Shown here one piece after another: positions 1-10,007 of a DNA stretch of 64,000 nucleotides. The stretch's first letter is position 1. Each line of letters starts with the position of its first letter. The stretch is from an uncultured Candidatus Saccharibacteria bacterium (GTDB lineage Bacteria > Patescibacteriota > Minisyncoccia > Phycocordibacterales > UBA9973), in NCBI GenBank assembly GCA_964634365.1, contig CAZWJU010000003.1, positions 36,890 through 100,889 on the forward strand, read 5' to 3'. The position numbers were made by a program, and so were the translations under genes. The notes beneath the pieces were generated by a model. The model was not told the origin of the DNA and did not search any database. It was given only the letters and a program-made list of their open reading frames with translations.

Positions 1-7
1 ATACGCA

Positions 8-2056
8 TTAGATTTTATCGAAGAAGTATAGACTAACTTCTGGAAAAGATTTTATATTCTTGTCTATGTATGAGACCACTTGCTGACTCTTCTCTATATT
101 AGGATTCACTGCAAGTCCTTTTTGTGCCCACTCCCGAGCAAGATCAAATTTACCTTGATACAAAGATAAGACAGATTTCATCCAATACCCTTGTGGAATC
201 TCAGGATTCATTTCTATGGCTTTATCCAATACCAAACTTGCTTCATCGAGTCTGTCCACACCAAACAAATTGCTGTACATAAGCACATCTGCGTAGTTAA
301 AGTGTGCACGAATATCATTTGGATGTTTTTCTAGATAATCTTTGTATTCATTTGCAAATACTTCGAGTTCTTTTTTAAAGTTTTCTTGGTTTTTTGGATT
401 CTCAATTGATTTTGGATTTTCTGAAATCCCTCTTTGAAAATCAGTTGATGTTCTCCAGAGAAAAGATGGTAAGTCCATAGGTGAACCGAAAAGTACTGGG
501 TACATAGGCAATCTCTTCTCTGCACTTCCAACTGTTCTAATAGTTCCATTTACATGCTCAGCGCGAGCTATAGGTAAAGTTCCAGCGAAAAATGCCCAAC
601 CAAAATACCCTATCAGACAAATCGCGGCACCGTACTTAGCATACACAGGAACATCTATAGTATGTTTTTTATCTTTATTGTTTTCAATATAAGTTTTTCT
701 ATATAGATTTGAAGCAAGAGCAATCATAACAATCACAGCAACTAGAGATATAGTAGTATCGAAAGCTGTTTGAAGTTCAGCTAAGTGACCTAAAAAGTAA
801 ATTATCAATATAGAAGCTAGAGTCTGGTCTTTTTTATCTTTTGATTTTAAGAGCACATAAACTAGTGATCCTAGTACGACAAAGTACACTAGTAAATAAG
901 ACGCGAGACCAACATATCCAGTATCTACAGTCTGATCAATAAATACATTGTGTGCTCTGTCGAACCAAGCTTCGTTACCAAAACGCTCTTCTAGAAGCCT
1001 GTTGTCATAATTTTGTTCAAAGCCTCTATCAAAGTTATCAGTACCCCATCCAAATAGCGGCCTTTCCTTTATCATTTTAGTAGACAACTCCCATAGTATC
1101 GGTCTCGCGCTTGTTGCCTGACTCAAATAAACCTCTCGTAGGTATCCATCTTTAGTCAAAAATGATCTAGTTAGAAGAACAGAAGAGACGAGAGCGAGGA
1201 TTATAGAAAACCATACCAAACCTTTTCTTATTTTTACACTTGATATCTTTGATCCAAAGTAGAAAACGAGCAAGCCCACAACGGAAGCAAATATGACATA
1301 TGTGGTAGCGCGAGCTTCTCCGACAATTCCCATAGGATTAGATATCAAATCTACTTGTCCCTTCCAAACCTTTGAGTTTATGATGTATGGATTTATTAGA
1401 AATACAAAAGGCAATAATCTATACCACCATTTTTTATCTCCATCTTCTTTTGAGCGAATAAAATATATAGATAGTAGGAATGCTGCAAAAAGATACATTG
1501 CTGCAAAAGTCGAGTTTCCAAAAGTAAAACCATCCCATAGTTTTGTTTTAAATATAAATCCCAATCCTTCTGGACCCAAAAAAGATAGTACGGAATAAAC
1601 ACCAGTCGAAACCAAAAATACTTTCAAAAAATCCCTCTGTGTTTTATTGTCTTTAAATAAATATGATAAAAAGTAATAAAGCATAACGAGGTGAGAAAAG
1701 AAAAATATACCACTTACACGTGCTGCCTTAGACCAAAAAGATATAGATGGATCCACTCCTTGCAAACCAGTTATTATCAAAACAATAAAATACAAAGACA
1801 ATGCCATGGCTATAGGTGATTTAAAAAATTTAACTTCTTTGTCTTTTTTAAATAGTGTAAGCGCAAATACAATCGCCAAAATCTCAATTACAATCATCAG
1901 AAAAATAGCTCTAGAAGATGTTCCATTGTATAGATAACCTTTAAATAAAACTATTGGGAAAAGCGCTATAAAACCGAGTAGAGTGTAGTTAATAAAATTG
2001 AATATACCGCTTTTTAATTGATTTTTAGACATGCTTTTATTATACGCACCATTCAC
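8..2056 (-). CDS. O-antigen ligase-like (Wzy_C) polytopic membrane protein with C-terminal TPR repeats
   Basis: About 12 hydrophobic segments; RPxxW, P(L)FGWG and DRAHN motifs typical of O-antigen ligase/O-OTase; TPR-like helical C-terminus. The true start may be MSKNQ at 2032. Confidence 0.75.
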   Translation of the reverse strand: MNGAYNKSMSKNQLKSGIFNFINYTLLGFIALFPIVLFKGYLYNGTSSRAIFLMIVIEILAIVFALTLFKKDKEVKFFKSPIAMALSLYFIVLIITGLQGVDPSISFWSKAARVSGIFFFSHLVMLYYFLSYLFKDNKTQRDFLKVFLVSTGVYSVLSFLGPEGLGFIFKTKLWDGFTFGNSTFAAMYLFAAFLLSIYFIRSKEDGDKKWWYRLLPFVFLINPYIINSKVWKGQVDLISNPMGIVGEARATTYVIFASVVGLLVFYFGSKISSVKIRKGLVWFSIILALVSSVLLTRSFLTKDGYLREVYLSQATSARPILWELSTKMIKERPLFGWGTDNFDRGFEQNYDNRLLEERFGNEAWFDRAHNVFIDQTVDTGYVGLASYLLVYFVVLGSLVYVLLKSKDKKDQTLASILIIYFLGHLAELQTAFDTTISLVAVIVMIALASNLYRKTYIENNKDKKHTIDVPVYAKYGAAICLIGYFGWAFFAGTLPIARAEHVNGTIRTVGSAEKRLPMYPVLFGSPMDLPSFLWRTSTDFQRGISENPKSIENPKNQENFKKELEVFANEYKDYLEKHPNDIRAHFNYADVLMYSNLFGVDRLDEASLVLDKAIEMNPEIPQGYWMKSVLSLYQGKFDLAREWAQKGLAVNPNIEKSQQVVSYIDKNIKSFPEVSLYFFDKI

Positions 2057-2064
2057 CCAAAAAC

Positions 2065-2095
2065 AACAAAACCGCCCCGAAGGGCGGTTTTGTTT
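2065..2095. terminator. Intrinsic terminator (bidirectional type) downstream of the surface-protein gene
   Basis: AAAACCGCCC-CGAA-GGGCGGTTTT hairpin with A/T flanks. Confidence 0.8.
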
Positions 2096-2127
2096 ACCTG
2101 TAAAGATCTACAGATTCAAATTAGAGA

Positions 2128-4083
2128 CTAGTTAAGACCTATGTATGCAGTCTTGAATGAGTCAAGGTTTGAAGTGTAAGAGTTACTTGGTGTAGAGTCT
2201 GTTGATGTTGTTGTCCATCGGATTCCAGACAATGCAGCTCTGAATAGACCTGCTGCTCCTGAAGTAGGAAGCTGTGCAGTTGTTGTCAATTCAAATGTAT
2301 TCTCTTCACCTTCTGTAAGTTCAAATAGACCTACAGATGTTAGATCAGTATCAGTTGTGTTAACAAGTACAGTTGAAACTCCACCTGTTGTTGCAGTACC
2401 TGCACGATCAACAGTTACAGAAGTTTTACCGTCTGTGTTTGCACCAGTTGTAGCATCAGCAAGTGAAGCGATGTAAACTGTATCACCTACAGCTTCTACC
2501 TTGTACTTGATGATGAATGTGCCTTGGTCATCGTTTGCTGATGTACCTGCAGCTATTGATGTTGAAGTTGATACTAGAGTAACCATGATTCCGTTTGAGC
2601 GAAGCTGTTGAGCTTCACCTGTAGCAGTACCAGATTTCTCTGATGCATCAGAAAGTTGATCACCTTCTTCATCTTCAGCATCCATAACGTCACGGTTTGA
2701 TGCAGTGAAAGATGCAGTCAATGTGTCTCCTTCTACGAATACAGTTCCATCTATATCTTGTATATCAGCTAGAACTTCGAAGTCTACTGTATCACCAGCA
2801 GAAACTGTGAAGTCTAGGTTATCAAATACGATTGTACCTGTAAGAGCAGCAGTAAGAGTCATTGTCTCTGTGTATTCCTCACCGTCAATTATCAACTTAA
2901 CAGATGTAGCGATATCATCGATACCGTTAGCAGTTCCTGATGAAGTTGCTGTGAAAGTAACTGGGAATGTGTCGATAAGAACATCTGAATCACCTTCTAG
3001 TTCAAGAGTTCCCTTTAGAAGAGATACGTCATCTGTAGAATCTGTATCACTAACTAGAGCGATTCCAGCATCTGGTGTATCTGAATCTAGTGTAACTACT
3101 AGTTCAGTATCAGCAGAATCTGAGAATGAAACGAAGTCCATAGGAACATCCATTCCTGGCATGTCACCTGTTGAGTCATCAGTTGTTGTAACACCTGATC
3201 CGTCAACGAATCTGATATTTAGAACATCAACATTCCATACATCTCCAGTAATATCTGCAGAATCAAATGTGTTTACAGCATTAACTAAGATGTAAAAAGT
3301 CTCAGTTTCATCTGCTCTTATAACAGCACCATCAATTGATATTGTTCTTGTGTAGATATCAGATGATTCTGTGAATTCATCAACATCAGCTGAGCCAACT
3401 TCTTCGTCGCCCATCATAATTGAAACTGAATCAATGTAATCATCTAGGTGTGTTGAGCCAGTACTTGTACTTGGATCGAATTGAATCTTCATAGATGTGA
3501 TTTCGATATCACCATCGTTTGTAGCTTCAACTTCGAAAGCTGCAACCTTAACATCATCTTGTCCTTCACCGATCTCTTCGTCGTTGTAAGAACCAAGTTC
3601 TGTAACACTAGAGATATCTCCGAAAGATCCTGCTAGAGGTCCAGTTGGAGTTGTTCCTCCTGCACATGAAGCTCCAGTTGTAGGAGAGAATCCTACTGTT
3701 GAAGTACATCCTGCTGGAAGAGTTGTAGTTGAAGCACATGAAGCACCAGTTGTTACACTGTAGCCTGTGTTTGAAGTACATCCTGCTGGGTATGAGCCAG
3801 TAGCTGCACCGTTGATAGATGCTGCAGTCATAGGACCAACAACACCATCAGCAGTCAAACCATGAGCTGATTGATAAGCAACAACAGCAGCTTTAGTCAT
3901 AGGACCAAAGTTACCGTCTACTGTAAGACCTCCAAGAGCTGACTGAAGGTTCATTACTTGTGTTCCACTTGAGCCTAGTTTTAGACTTGGTGGAACTGTA
4001 ACCATAGCAGATGAAACTTTAGCTAGTGCAAAAACTGCAACAAAAGCGAAAGCAACAACTGCGAATTTTGTAAATTTACTCAT
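2128..4083 (-). CDS. Secreted S-layer-like surface protein with N-terminal peptidoglycan-binding domain
   Basis: Signal peptide MSKFTKFAVVAFAF. PG_binding_1 motifs (DGNFGPMTKAAVVAYQ, GLTADGVVGPMT). Two PAGCTSxxGxSxTTGASCA repeats. Acidic, T/S/D-rich beta-strand body. AAGGA lies upstream of ATG 4083, which is preferred over 4131. Confidence 0.75.
   Translation of the reverse strand: MSKFTKFAVVAFAFVAVFALAKVSSAMVTVPPSLKLGSSGTQVMNLQSALGGLTVDGNFGPMTKAAVVAYQSAHGLTADGVVGPMTAASINGAATGSYPAGCTSNTGYSVTTGASCASTTTLPAGCTSTVGFSPTTGASCAGGTTPTGPLAGSFGDISSVTELGSYNDEEIGEGQDDVKVAAFEVEATNDGDIEITSMKIQFDPSTSTGSTHLDDYIDSVSIMMGDEEVGSADVDEFTESSDIYTRTISIDGAVIRADETETFYILVNAVNTFDSADITGDVWNVDVLNIRFVDGSGVTTTDDSTGDMPGMDVPMDFVSFSDSADTELVVTLDSDTPDAGIALVSDTDSTDDVSLLKGTLELEGDSDVLIDTFPVTFTATSSGTANGIDDIATSVKLIIDGEEYTETMTLTAALTGTIVFDNLDFTVSAGDTVDFEVLADIQDIDGTVFVEGDTLTASFTASNRDVMDAEDEEGDQLSDASEKSGTATGEAQQLRSNGIMVTLVSTSTSIAAGTSANDDQGTFIIKYKVEAVGDTVYIASLADATTGANTDGKTSVTVDRAGTATTGGVSTVLVNTTDTDLTSVGLFELTEGEENTFELTTTAQLPTSGAAGLFRAALSGIRWTTTSTDSTPSNSYTSNLDSFKTAYIGLN
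3660..3795 (-). repeat. Tandem intragenic Cys-pair repeat (2 copies)
   Basis: YPAGCTSNTGYSVTTGASCA and LPAGCTSTVGFSPTTGASCA. Confidence 0.8.
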
Positions 4084-4448
4084 AATTAAAATTATCCTTT
4101 TTAATCGCCGCGTGGTATTTTTCTTTATCAAAAATACTCGCTAGCCATACACGTAATTAATAGTCTAGTTTCGACGAAACTAAATTGGTGTGTATGTTGT
4201 GCCCGACACTTAATGTCGCACACTGTTCAGGCACTTAATTAAGGTGTCTGAACCTTTTGAATTCCCCGATAGGGAGAACTCATTCTGCCTTGTCGACAGG
4301 GCATATTTATCAGTATGTCGCCAAGTGAAAAACAAAAACATCGCGCCAATAAATTGGTCGCGAAAAAATATTTGATTTTCAATGAGCGATCATATTGAAA
4401 CTAAACACTGTTCTTGTTTATGTTCCTATCAACAAACAACAAGAACGT
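4084..4448 (-). ncRNA. Putative long structured 5' leader RNA of the surface-protein gene
   Basis: About 9 consecutive inverted repeats between an extended -10 element (TGcTATACT, 4455-4463 minus) and the ATG at 4083. Confidence 0.5.
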
Positions 4449-4454
4449 TCTGGC

Positions 4455-4463
4455 AGTATAGCA
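4455..4463 (-). promoter_or_regulatory. Extended -10 promoter element for the surface-protein gene
   Basis: Minus strand TGCTATACT, immediately upstream of the hairpin series. Confidence 0.55.
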
Positions 4464-4536
4464 TATTCTTTAAAAATACGCCACAACTGCACGTATTCAT
4501 TATAAATCTATATGCTATTAAAAACATAAGGATTTA

Positions 4537-4545
4537 TGTGGATAA
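4537..4545 (-). promoter_or_regulatory. Consensus DnaA box (single)
   Basis: TTATCCACA on the minus strand, intergenic. Confidence 0.45.
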
Positions 4546-4687
4546 CCTGTTAAATAGCAAGCTATTTTAGGAATCCATGAACACTGAAGCATTCCGGTCT
4601 CTGTAAGTGTCTCCACGAACAAACAGACCTAGTCTAGCTTCATATAAATAGACGATATATAGTATGTATTTCTTACATACAAAAAAC

Positions 4688-5602
4688 CTAAATTAGTGAG
4701 TATCTGGACCAACGCTTCTCCCCTGTCTTTTTGAGTATCTTGTCCTTTACAAGCGCTGTAAGCTCGCGCTGAAGTGTCTTTTCGCTGCAGTTTTTTACGA
4801 TTAAAGAAATGTCCTTTACAGTAACTGAACTGTTGTTCTTGAGTGCTAATAGTATTGAATTTCTTCGCTCATTTTTTATAGCAATATCTATTTTTTTAGA
4901 CTGACCGACAAGCTTGTCTTTTTTAGACTCTAGATTTGTGTCCTTTATGTTTTTTATATTATTTTGTCCTTTACTGAAATCTCTTACTGGATTAGACTGA
5001 TGACCTTGACCGTTAGATTTATTTAAAAATATTTTCAAAATATTATCCTCTTCGAGCGATTCTATCGGACCATCTTTTAAAATTTCCTGTGAATTAAAAG
5101 TAAAGTTTTTTAGAAAATCAGCTCTTTCAACATCAAGTGATCTTAAACCTTCTACTGTAAAAAGAGACTTATTGTTTTGATTTCTAAGCATAGCAAGATC
5201 ACTAGAAAGTTTTGTTAGTTCACGCATTAAAATACCACTATTCATAGTCCCAACTAGACCAACTATTTGAGATATTTCCAACAAAGAAAGAATACTCCTA
5301 GTCATCTGTTCAGCAGATTCAATCTCAAAATTTGTCTTTATGGCTGTTTTATTGTCCGTTATACCGATAGTTTTTAGTAGATCTAAAGAAGATGTCCTTA
5401 ATGAGTTTTTCATAGGCTCCGCATCCTCTATGCACTCTGTAACCATATAAATAGCAGTTACTATTTTTTGTGTCCTTTTCAATAGAGATACCGCCTTGGT
5501 ATTTTGTGCTTTATTATCAATAGAAAAAGCCACAGGTTCTGTATGACCTATACTTTTATCTCCAGTATTAACATCAGGCGAAATGTCCTTTTTAGTATCC
5601 AT
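4688..5602 (-). CDS. Protein with N-terminal helical bundle and C-terminal DeoR-like winged HTH
   Basis: C-terminus RRNSILLALK...VTVKDIS...CSEKTLQRELTALVKDKILKKTGEKRWSRY fits a wHTH. Confidence 0.7.
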   Translation of the reverse strand: MDTKKDISPDVNTGDKSIGHTEPVAFSIDNKAQNTKAVSLLKRTQKIVTAIYMVTECIEDAEPMKNSLRTSSLDLLKTIGITDNKTAIKTNFEIESAEQMTRSILSLLEISQIVGLVGTMNSGILMRELTKLSSDLAMLRNQNNKSLFTVEGLRSLDVERADFLKNFTFNSQEILKDGPIESLEEDNILKIFLNKSNGQGHQSNPVRDFSKGQNNIKNIKDTNLESKKDKLVGQSKKIDIAIKNERRNSILLALKNNSSVTVKDISLIVKNCSEKTLQRELTALVKDKILKKTGEKRWSRYSLI

Positions 5603-5661
5603 GTCTTTAATAAAATAGATGTGTCCTTGATAAAATTCGGCTCACTTAAAATCGTGTCCAT
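4724..5661 (+). repeat. Dispersed co-oriented TGTCCTT motif cluster
   Basis: Exact copies at 4741, 4810, 4939, 4965, 5393, 5471, 5584, 5622; one-mismatch copies at 4724, 4775, 4915, 5001, 5333, 5353, 5602, 5655. Confidence 0.8.
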
Positions 5662-5746
5662 TATATATGAGACACTGCACTTTTGTAAAGCAAATGCTAA
5701 AATAGCTTTATAAAATAAAAGTAAAAATGTTATACTAATATCTATC

Positions 5747-7918
5747 ATGGCAAAAAAGATCGCTAAAAATAGCAAGAAAAATGAGGTTAGCAAAAAACCA
5801 CCCACATCTAGATTAAAAGATGAAACAAAAAACGGAGTTTACGCAATCTTGTGTCTGGCTATAGCGTTTTTTTTACTTTTATCTCTTTGGAATAATGCGG
5901 GGGTAGCAGGCTCATTCTTCTACAATCTTTTCTCAAAATTATTGGGTGTTGGGTACTATCTGTTACCAATATTTTCTATTGCACTTGGAATATCTTTTCT
6001 TAGATCAGAGAGACCTAGTCTTGCCCTAACTCACTCAATAGGGACCGGACTATTTTTCATATCAATTTTAGGAATCATCGATATAGTTGTTTCATCAAAT
6101 ACATTAGCGGGCGGATATATCGGACGAATAATCGCATGGCCATTTGTTGCACTATTTGATACATATGCAAGTATTTTATTTTTAGGAGCGCTATTAATCA
6201 TCTCAATATTCGTACTATTTGATACTAGACCAAACATGGGAGAGCTTCCTGTTCGTGTTAGAAATTTCTTGTTTGGTAAAAAAGAAGAGGATGAGGAAGA
6301 TCGTACTGAAGCTTATATGGCTAAACAAGACGATCAAGTAAGTCCTGAACCTGAAAAAATAGAAGAAGTAAAAAAATCTGATTCAGACACAAAGAAAAAA
6401 GAAACAAAAGAATCCGTGCAAGAAGAAGATTTTGTGTTTGCTAAAACAAAAAATAAATCTGAGTCTTATACTCCCCCACCACTATCACTTCTTGAGGCAG
6501 ATAGGGGCAAGCCAAATGTTGGAGACATAAAAGCAAATGCAAATATAATCCAGCGTACTTTGGCAAACTTCGGAATCATAGTTGAGATGGATGAGATCAC
6601 TACCGGACCTACTGTAACTAGATATGCACTCAAGCCTGCACAGGGTGTAAAACTTTCACGCATCGCAGCGCTACAAAACGATCTTGCACTCGCACTTGCT
6701 GCTCACCCAATACGCATGGAGCTACCTATACCAGGCAAATCACTTGTTGGAATCGAGATTCCAAACAAAACAAAATCTACTGTTGGATTAGGAGCGCTGC
6801 TCGCAGATCCAAATTTTATAAACTCTCCTAAGCCTCTAATGTTCGCACTCGGTAGAAATGTTGCAGGTAGACCCACTCATATAAACATAGCCAAAGCTCC
6901 ACACGCTCTGATTGCTGGTACAACTGGATCCGGTAAGTCTGTAACCATACACGCACTTATCACTTCCCTACTGTATAGAAACGGACCAGAAGATTTGAAA
7001 TTTATAATGGTTGACCCTAAGCGCGTAGAGTTAACTCTATACAATAAAATCCCTCATTTACTTACACCTGTTATCACTGATGCTAAAAAGTGTATCTTAG
7101 CTCTAAAATGGGCAGCAAAAGAGATGGAAAGACGCTATGACATACTACAGGGTCATTCTGTGCGAGATATTGAGTCATATCACGACAATATATATGCTAA
7201 AAAATCAAAAGACGAGAGTGCAGACAGGATGCCTTATATAGTTATAATTATCGACGAATTGGCTGATATTATGCAGGCTTATCCAAGAGAACTTGAAAGT
7301 GCGATAGTTCGCCTCGCTCAGATGTCCCGTGCTGTCGGTATACACCTGATACTCTCAACTCAACGTCCTGAGGTAAACGTTATAACAGGACTTATCAAGG
7401 CCAACATCCCTACTCGTATCGCTCTACGTGTCCCTACACAAGTAGACTCTCGAACAATTCTAGACACAAGTGGTGCAGAAAAACTTTTGGGAGCTGGAGA
7501 TATGCTCTTCTCGGGTGGAGAGGGTCAGCCAGAACGCTTGCAGTCTGCTTTTATATCAGAAGATGAGGTTAAAAAAGTTGTTAAATACTTGTCTGAAGCA
7601 TTTAAAAATGAAGTTCCTGGAGATGATATTGCCTTCTCTGGCCCCCTAACAAGCGAACCTAGTATATTTAGCGCAAATCTAGAAAGTGACGATAGTGAAG
7701 GCGATGATCTGTATGAAGAAGCTAGACAAATAGTTATAGAGACTCAAAAAGCTTCGACTTCATTCCTCCAGAGAAAACTGGGTATAGGATACGCACGAGC
7801 TGCAAGACTGATAGATATACTCGAAGAAAGAGGTATCGTAGGCCCTGGAAACGGAGCAAAACCTAGAGAAGTACTAGAAAAAACAGCGGAAGCAGAGCAG
7901 TCTACTTTTAGTGGATAA
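5747..7918 (+). CDS. ftsK: DNA translocase FtsK/SpoIIIE
   Basis: N-terminal TM region, Walker A GTTGSGKS, DPKRVEL, IIDELAD, STQRP, gamma domain ASTSFLQRKLGIGYARAARLID. Confidence 0.97.
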   Translation: MAKKIAKNSKKNEVSKKPPTSRLKDETKNGVYAILCLAIAFFLLLSLWNNAGVAGSFFYNLFSKLLGVGYYLLPIFSIALGISFLRSERPSLALTHSIGTGLFFISILGIIDIVVSSNTLAGGYIGRIIAWPFVALFDTYASILFLGALLIISIFVLFDTRPNMGELPVRVRNFLFGKKEEDEEDRTEAYMAKQDDQVSPEPEKIEEVKKSDSDTKKKETKESVQEEDFVFAKTKNKSESYTPPPLSLLEADRGKPNVGDIKANANIIQRTLANFGIIVEMDEITTGPTVTRYALKPAQGVKLSRIAALQNDLALALAAHPIRMELPIPGKSLVGIEIPNKTKSTVGLGALLADPNFINSPKPLMFALGRNVAGRPTHINIAKAPHALIAGTTGSGKSVTIHALITSLLYRNGPEDLKFIMVDPKRVELTLYNKIPHLLTPVITDAKKCILALKWAAKEMERRYDILQGHSVRDIESYHDNIYAKKSKDESADRMPYIVIIIDELADIMQAYPRELESAIVRLAQMSRAVGIHLILSTQRPEVNVITGLIKANIPTRIALRVPTQVDSRTILDTSGAEKLLGAGDMLFSGGEGQPERLQSAFISEDEVKKVVKYLSEAFKNEVPGDDIAFSGPLTSEPSIFSANLESDDSEGDDLYEEARQIVIETQKASTSFLQRKLGIGYARAARLIDILEERGIVGPGNGAKPREVLEKTAEAEQSTFSG

Positions 7919-7920
7919 AT

Positions 7921-8274
7921 ATGACTTTTAAACAAAAAACTGGCTTAGGTGCAGGTATAGTATTTGGAATAATAGTCTTTTTGTATGCAATCTTCAGACT
8001 CCACGATCTAATATTTGGCATAAACATAAAAATCGAGGGTATATCGGACGGGATGATTGTCACAGACCCAAATATACAAATAAATGGAAATGCAAGAAGA
8101 GCTAGCTTTGTGACACTGAACGGAAACGAAGTGTTTATCTCAAAAGAAGGAGATTTTAGTGAACCAATAGTGCTTTTACCGGGAGAGAATGTGGTATCAT
8201 TGTATGTGAAAGATAAATTCGGTAAAGACACAACCGAAATATATAAAGTAGTCTATTTAGTAAATAATCAATAA
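7921..8274 (+). CDS. Membrane-anchored small Ig-like domain protein
   Basis: N-terminal TM helix followed by beta-sandwich pattern LNG...[24 protein letters not shown]. Confidence 0.6.
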   Translation: MTFKQKTGLGAGIVFGIIVFLYAIFRLHDLIFGINIKIEGISDGMIVTDPNIQINGNARRASFVTLNGNEVFISKEGDFSEPIVLLPGENVVSLYVKDKFGKDTTEIYKVVYLVNNQ

Positions 8275-8278
8275 ATTT

Positions 8279-9337
8279 ATGGCATTCAAAAAAACAGCCC
8301 CAAAAGAAAAGAAACAATCTGGTATGGAAATCGAAGATACAATCCGCTCTATTCAAACAAAATTTGGAGAAGGTGCGATTATGAAACTCGGCGACACACC
8401 GAAAGTGGATATAAATACTATTTCAACAGGCTCACTCGGGCTTGATATGGCTCTTGGAGTAGGTGGTGTTCCCCGCGGACGTATCATAGAGATATTTGGG
8501 CCAGAATCTTCTGGTAAAACAACTCTTGCTCTACATATAGTTGCTGAAGCGCAAAAAACTGGTGGAGTTTGTGCATACATAGACGCAGAACACGCAATGG
8601 ATCCAGTTTATGCAAAAAATCTTGGGGTTAAAACAAACGAACTTCTAATATCTCAACCAGACACAGGAGAGCAAGGTTTGGAAATCTGTGAGTCACTAGT
8701 TCGCTCTGGAAAAATAGATGTAGTAGTAATAGACTCAGTAGCAGCTCTAACACCAAAAGATGAAATCGAAGGTGACATGGGAGCTCAGCATGTTGGTAAA
8801 CAAGCTCGCCTGATGTCTCAAGCACTCAGAAAGCTTACAGCAATCGTAGCCAGATCAAAAACAACAGTTATATTCATAAACCAAATCCGTATGCAGATTG
8901 GTGTTATGTTCGGAAATCCTGAAACTACACCTGGAGGAAAAGCTCTAAAATTCTATACATCTGTTCGCCTAGATATCCGTCGCATAGCTCAAATTAAAAA
9001 AGGTGAAGAAGTGGTCGGAGGTCGCACACGAGTAAAAGTAGTGAAAAACAAAGTTGCCTCCCCTTTCAAGCAAACAGAGTTCGACATAATATACGGTGAA
9101 GGTATCTCACGTGAAGGTGAGCTAATGGCCCTCGGAGAAAAGCTAGGGATTATAACCAAATCAACTGGTGGATCATATGAATACAAAGGCAAAGATGGTG
9201 AGGGTGGAGTAAAACTTGGACGTGGATATGATGCAACAAGAACATTTTTGAAAGAAAATTCAAAACTATCAAACGAAATATTGAAACAAATTAAATCTCG
9301 TTTTGGAGAAATACAGGTTTCAAGTAGTGGAGAATAA
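8279..9337 (+). CDS. recA: Recombinase A
   Basis: [33 protein letters not shown]. Confidence 0.99.
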   Translation: MAFKKTAPKEKKQSGMEIEDTIRSIQTKFGEGAIMKLGDTPKVDINTISTGSLGLDMALGVGGVPRGRIIEIFGPESSGKTTLALHIVAEAQKTGGVCAYIDAEHAMDPVYAKNLGVKTNELLISQPDTGEQGLEICESLVRSGKIDVVVIDSVAALTPKDEIEGDMGAQHVGKQARLMSQALRKLTAIVARSKTTVIFINQIRMQIGVMFGNPETTPGGKALKFYTSVRLDIRRIAQIKKGEEVVGGRTRVKVVKNKVASPFKQTEFDIIYGEGISREGELMALGEKLGIITKSTGGSYEYKGKDGEGGVKLGRGYDATRTFLKENSKLSNEILKQIKSRFGEIQVSSSGE

Positions 9338-9353
9338 GATATATATAAAAGAT

Positions 9354-9377
9354 AAAACCCGCCTTTGGCGGGTTTTT
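9354..9377. terminator. Bidirectional intrinsic terminator between convergent genes
   Basis: AAAACCCGCC-TTT-GGCGGGTTTT. Confidence 0.85.
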
Positions 9378-9385
9378 GATTAAAT

Positions 9386-9931
9386 TTAAGCATTCCCCTC
9401 TTCGAGAAGAATCTCCTTCCATTTTTTCAGATAGAGCAAAAAATTATCGGTTTCTTCATAGTAATCTTCAATTTCTCCACCCTCATCATCTTTTGTCATA
9501 TCAAACTCATTCTTTTCAGCAACTCCTTTAAATAAGCCGAAAAATTGATACTGCTGCTTGGTCACCACGCGTTTCGTTTTCGCGAGAACCTTTGGGTCAG
9601 ATAAATACTCAAGATGTATCATGTCTTCACGAGACATACCGACTTCTTGAAGAGTCCGAAAAAGCTCCACTTTGGACAAGCCAGATATTGGGCAGAAATA
9701 CTCAACATAGTCAGACCAGTGATTATTGTCGCTATCGAGTCCTGCCTCTGAATAATCTTCTTTAATTACCATGAGTTCATCTGTTATATCTTTACCGGAC
9801 TTTCCAGTTATAACCCGAGCAATAAGTCCTATATTGCAAGCATGGTATTCACGCCAATTATGAGACAGTGTACCAGCTTCGAGCTCTTTTATTACAGCAT
9901 CGATAGCGTCAATAAGTTTTTGTTTTACCAT
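9386..9931 (-). CDS. Hypothetical protein
   Basis: Start moved to MVKQK (9931) because a TTGACA-N17-TATAAT-like promoter lies at about 9948-9975. Contains CNIG and CPISGL motifs. Confidence 0.65.
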   Translation of the reverse strand: MVKQKLIDAIDAVIKELEAGTLSHNWREYHACNIGLIARVITGKSGKDITDELMVIKEDYSEAGLDSDNNHWSDYVEYFCPISGLSKVELFRTLQEVGMSREDMIHLEYLSDPKVLAKTKRVVTKQQYQFFGLFKGVAEKNEFDMTKDDEGGEIEDYYEETDNFLLYLKKWKEILLEEGNA

Positions 9932-10007
9932 AAGATCTTTTTTTTTGATTATATATACATATTGAAAAATGTCAAAAAAACAAAAACCCTTGCGGGTTTT
10001 AGAGATT

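Noticed and set aside
2705-3295. Long antisense ORFs (e.g. 2705-3295, 8989-9393, 25200-25676, 41935-42570)
   Set aside because: They overlap well-supported genes on the opposite strand and have no recognisable motifs.
4100-4450. CRISPR array or tRNA cluster in the hairpin-rich intergenic region
   Set aside because: The hairpins share no repeated sequence or regular spacing, show no tRNA T-loop/cloverleaf, and no cas genes are present.
4537-4545. oriC at the DnaA box (also 60181)
   Set aside because: Single boxes only; no box cluster, dnaA or dnaN in the window.
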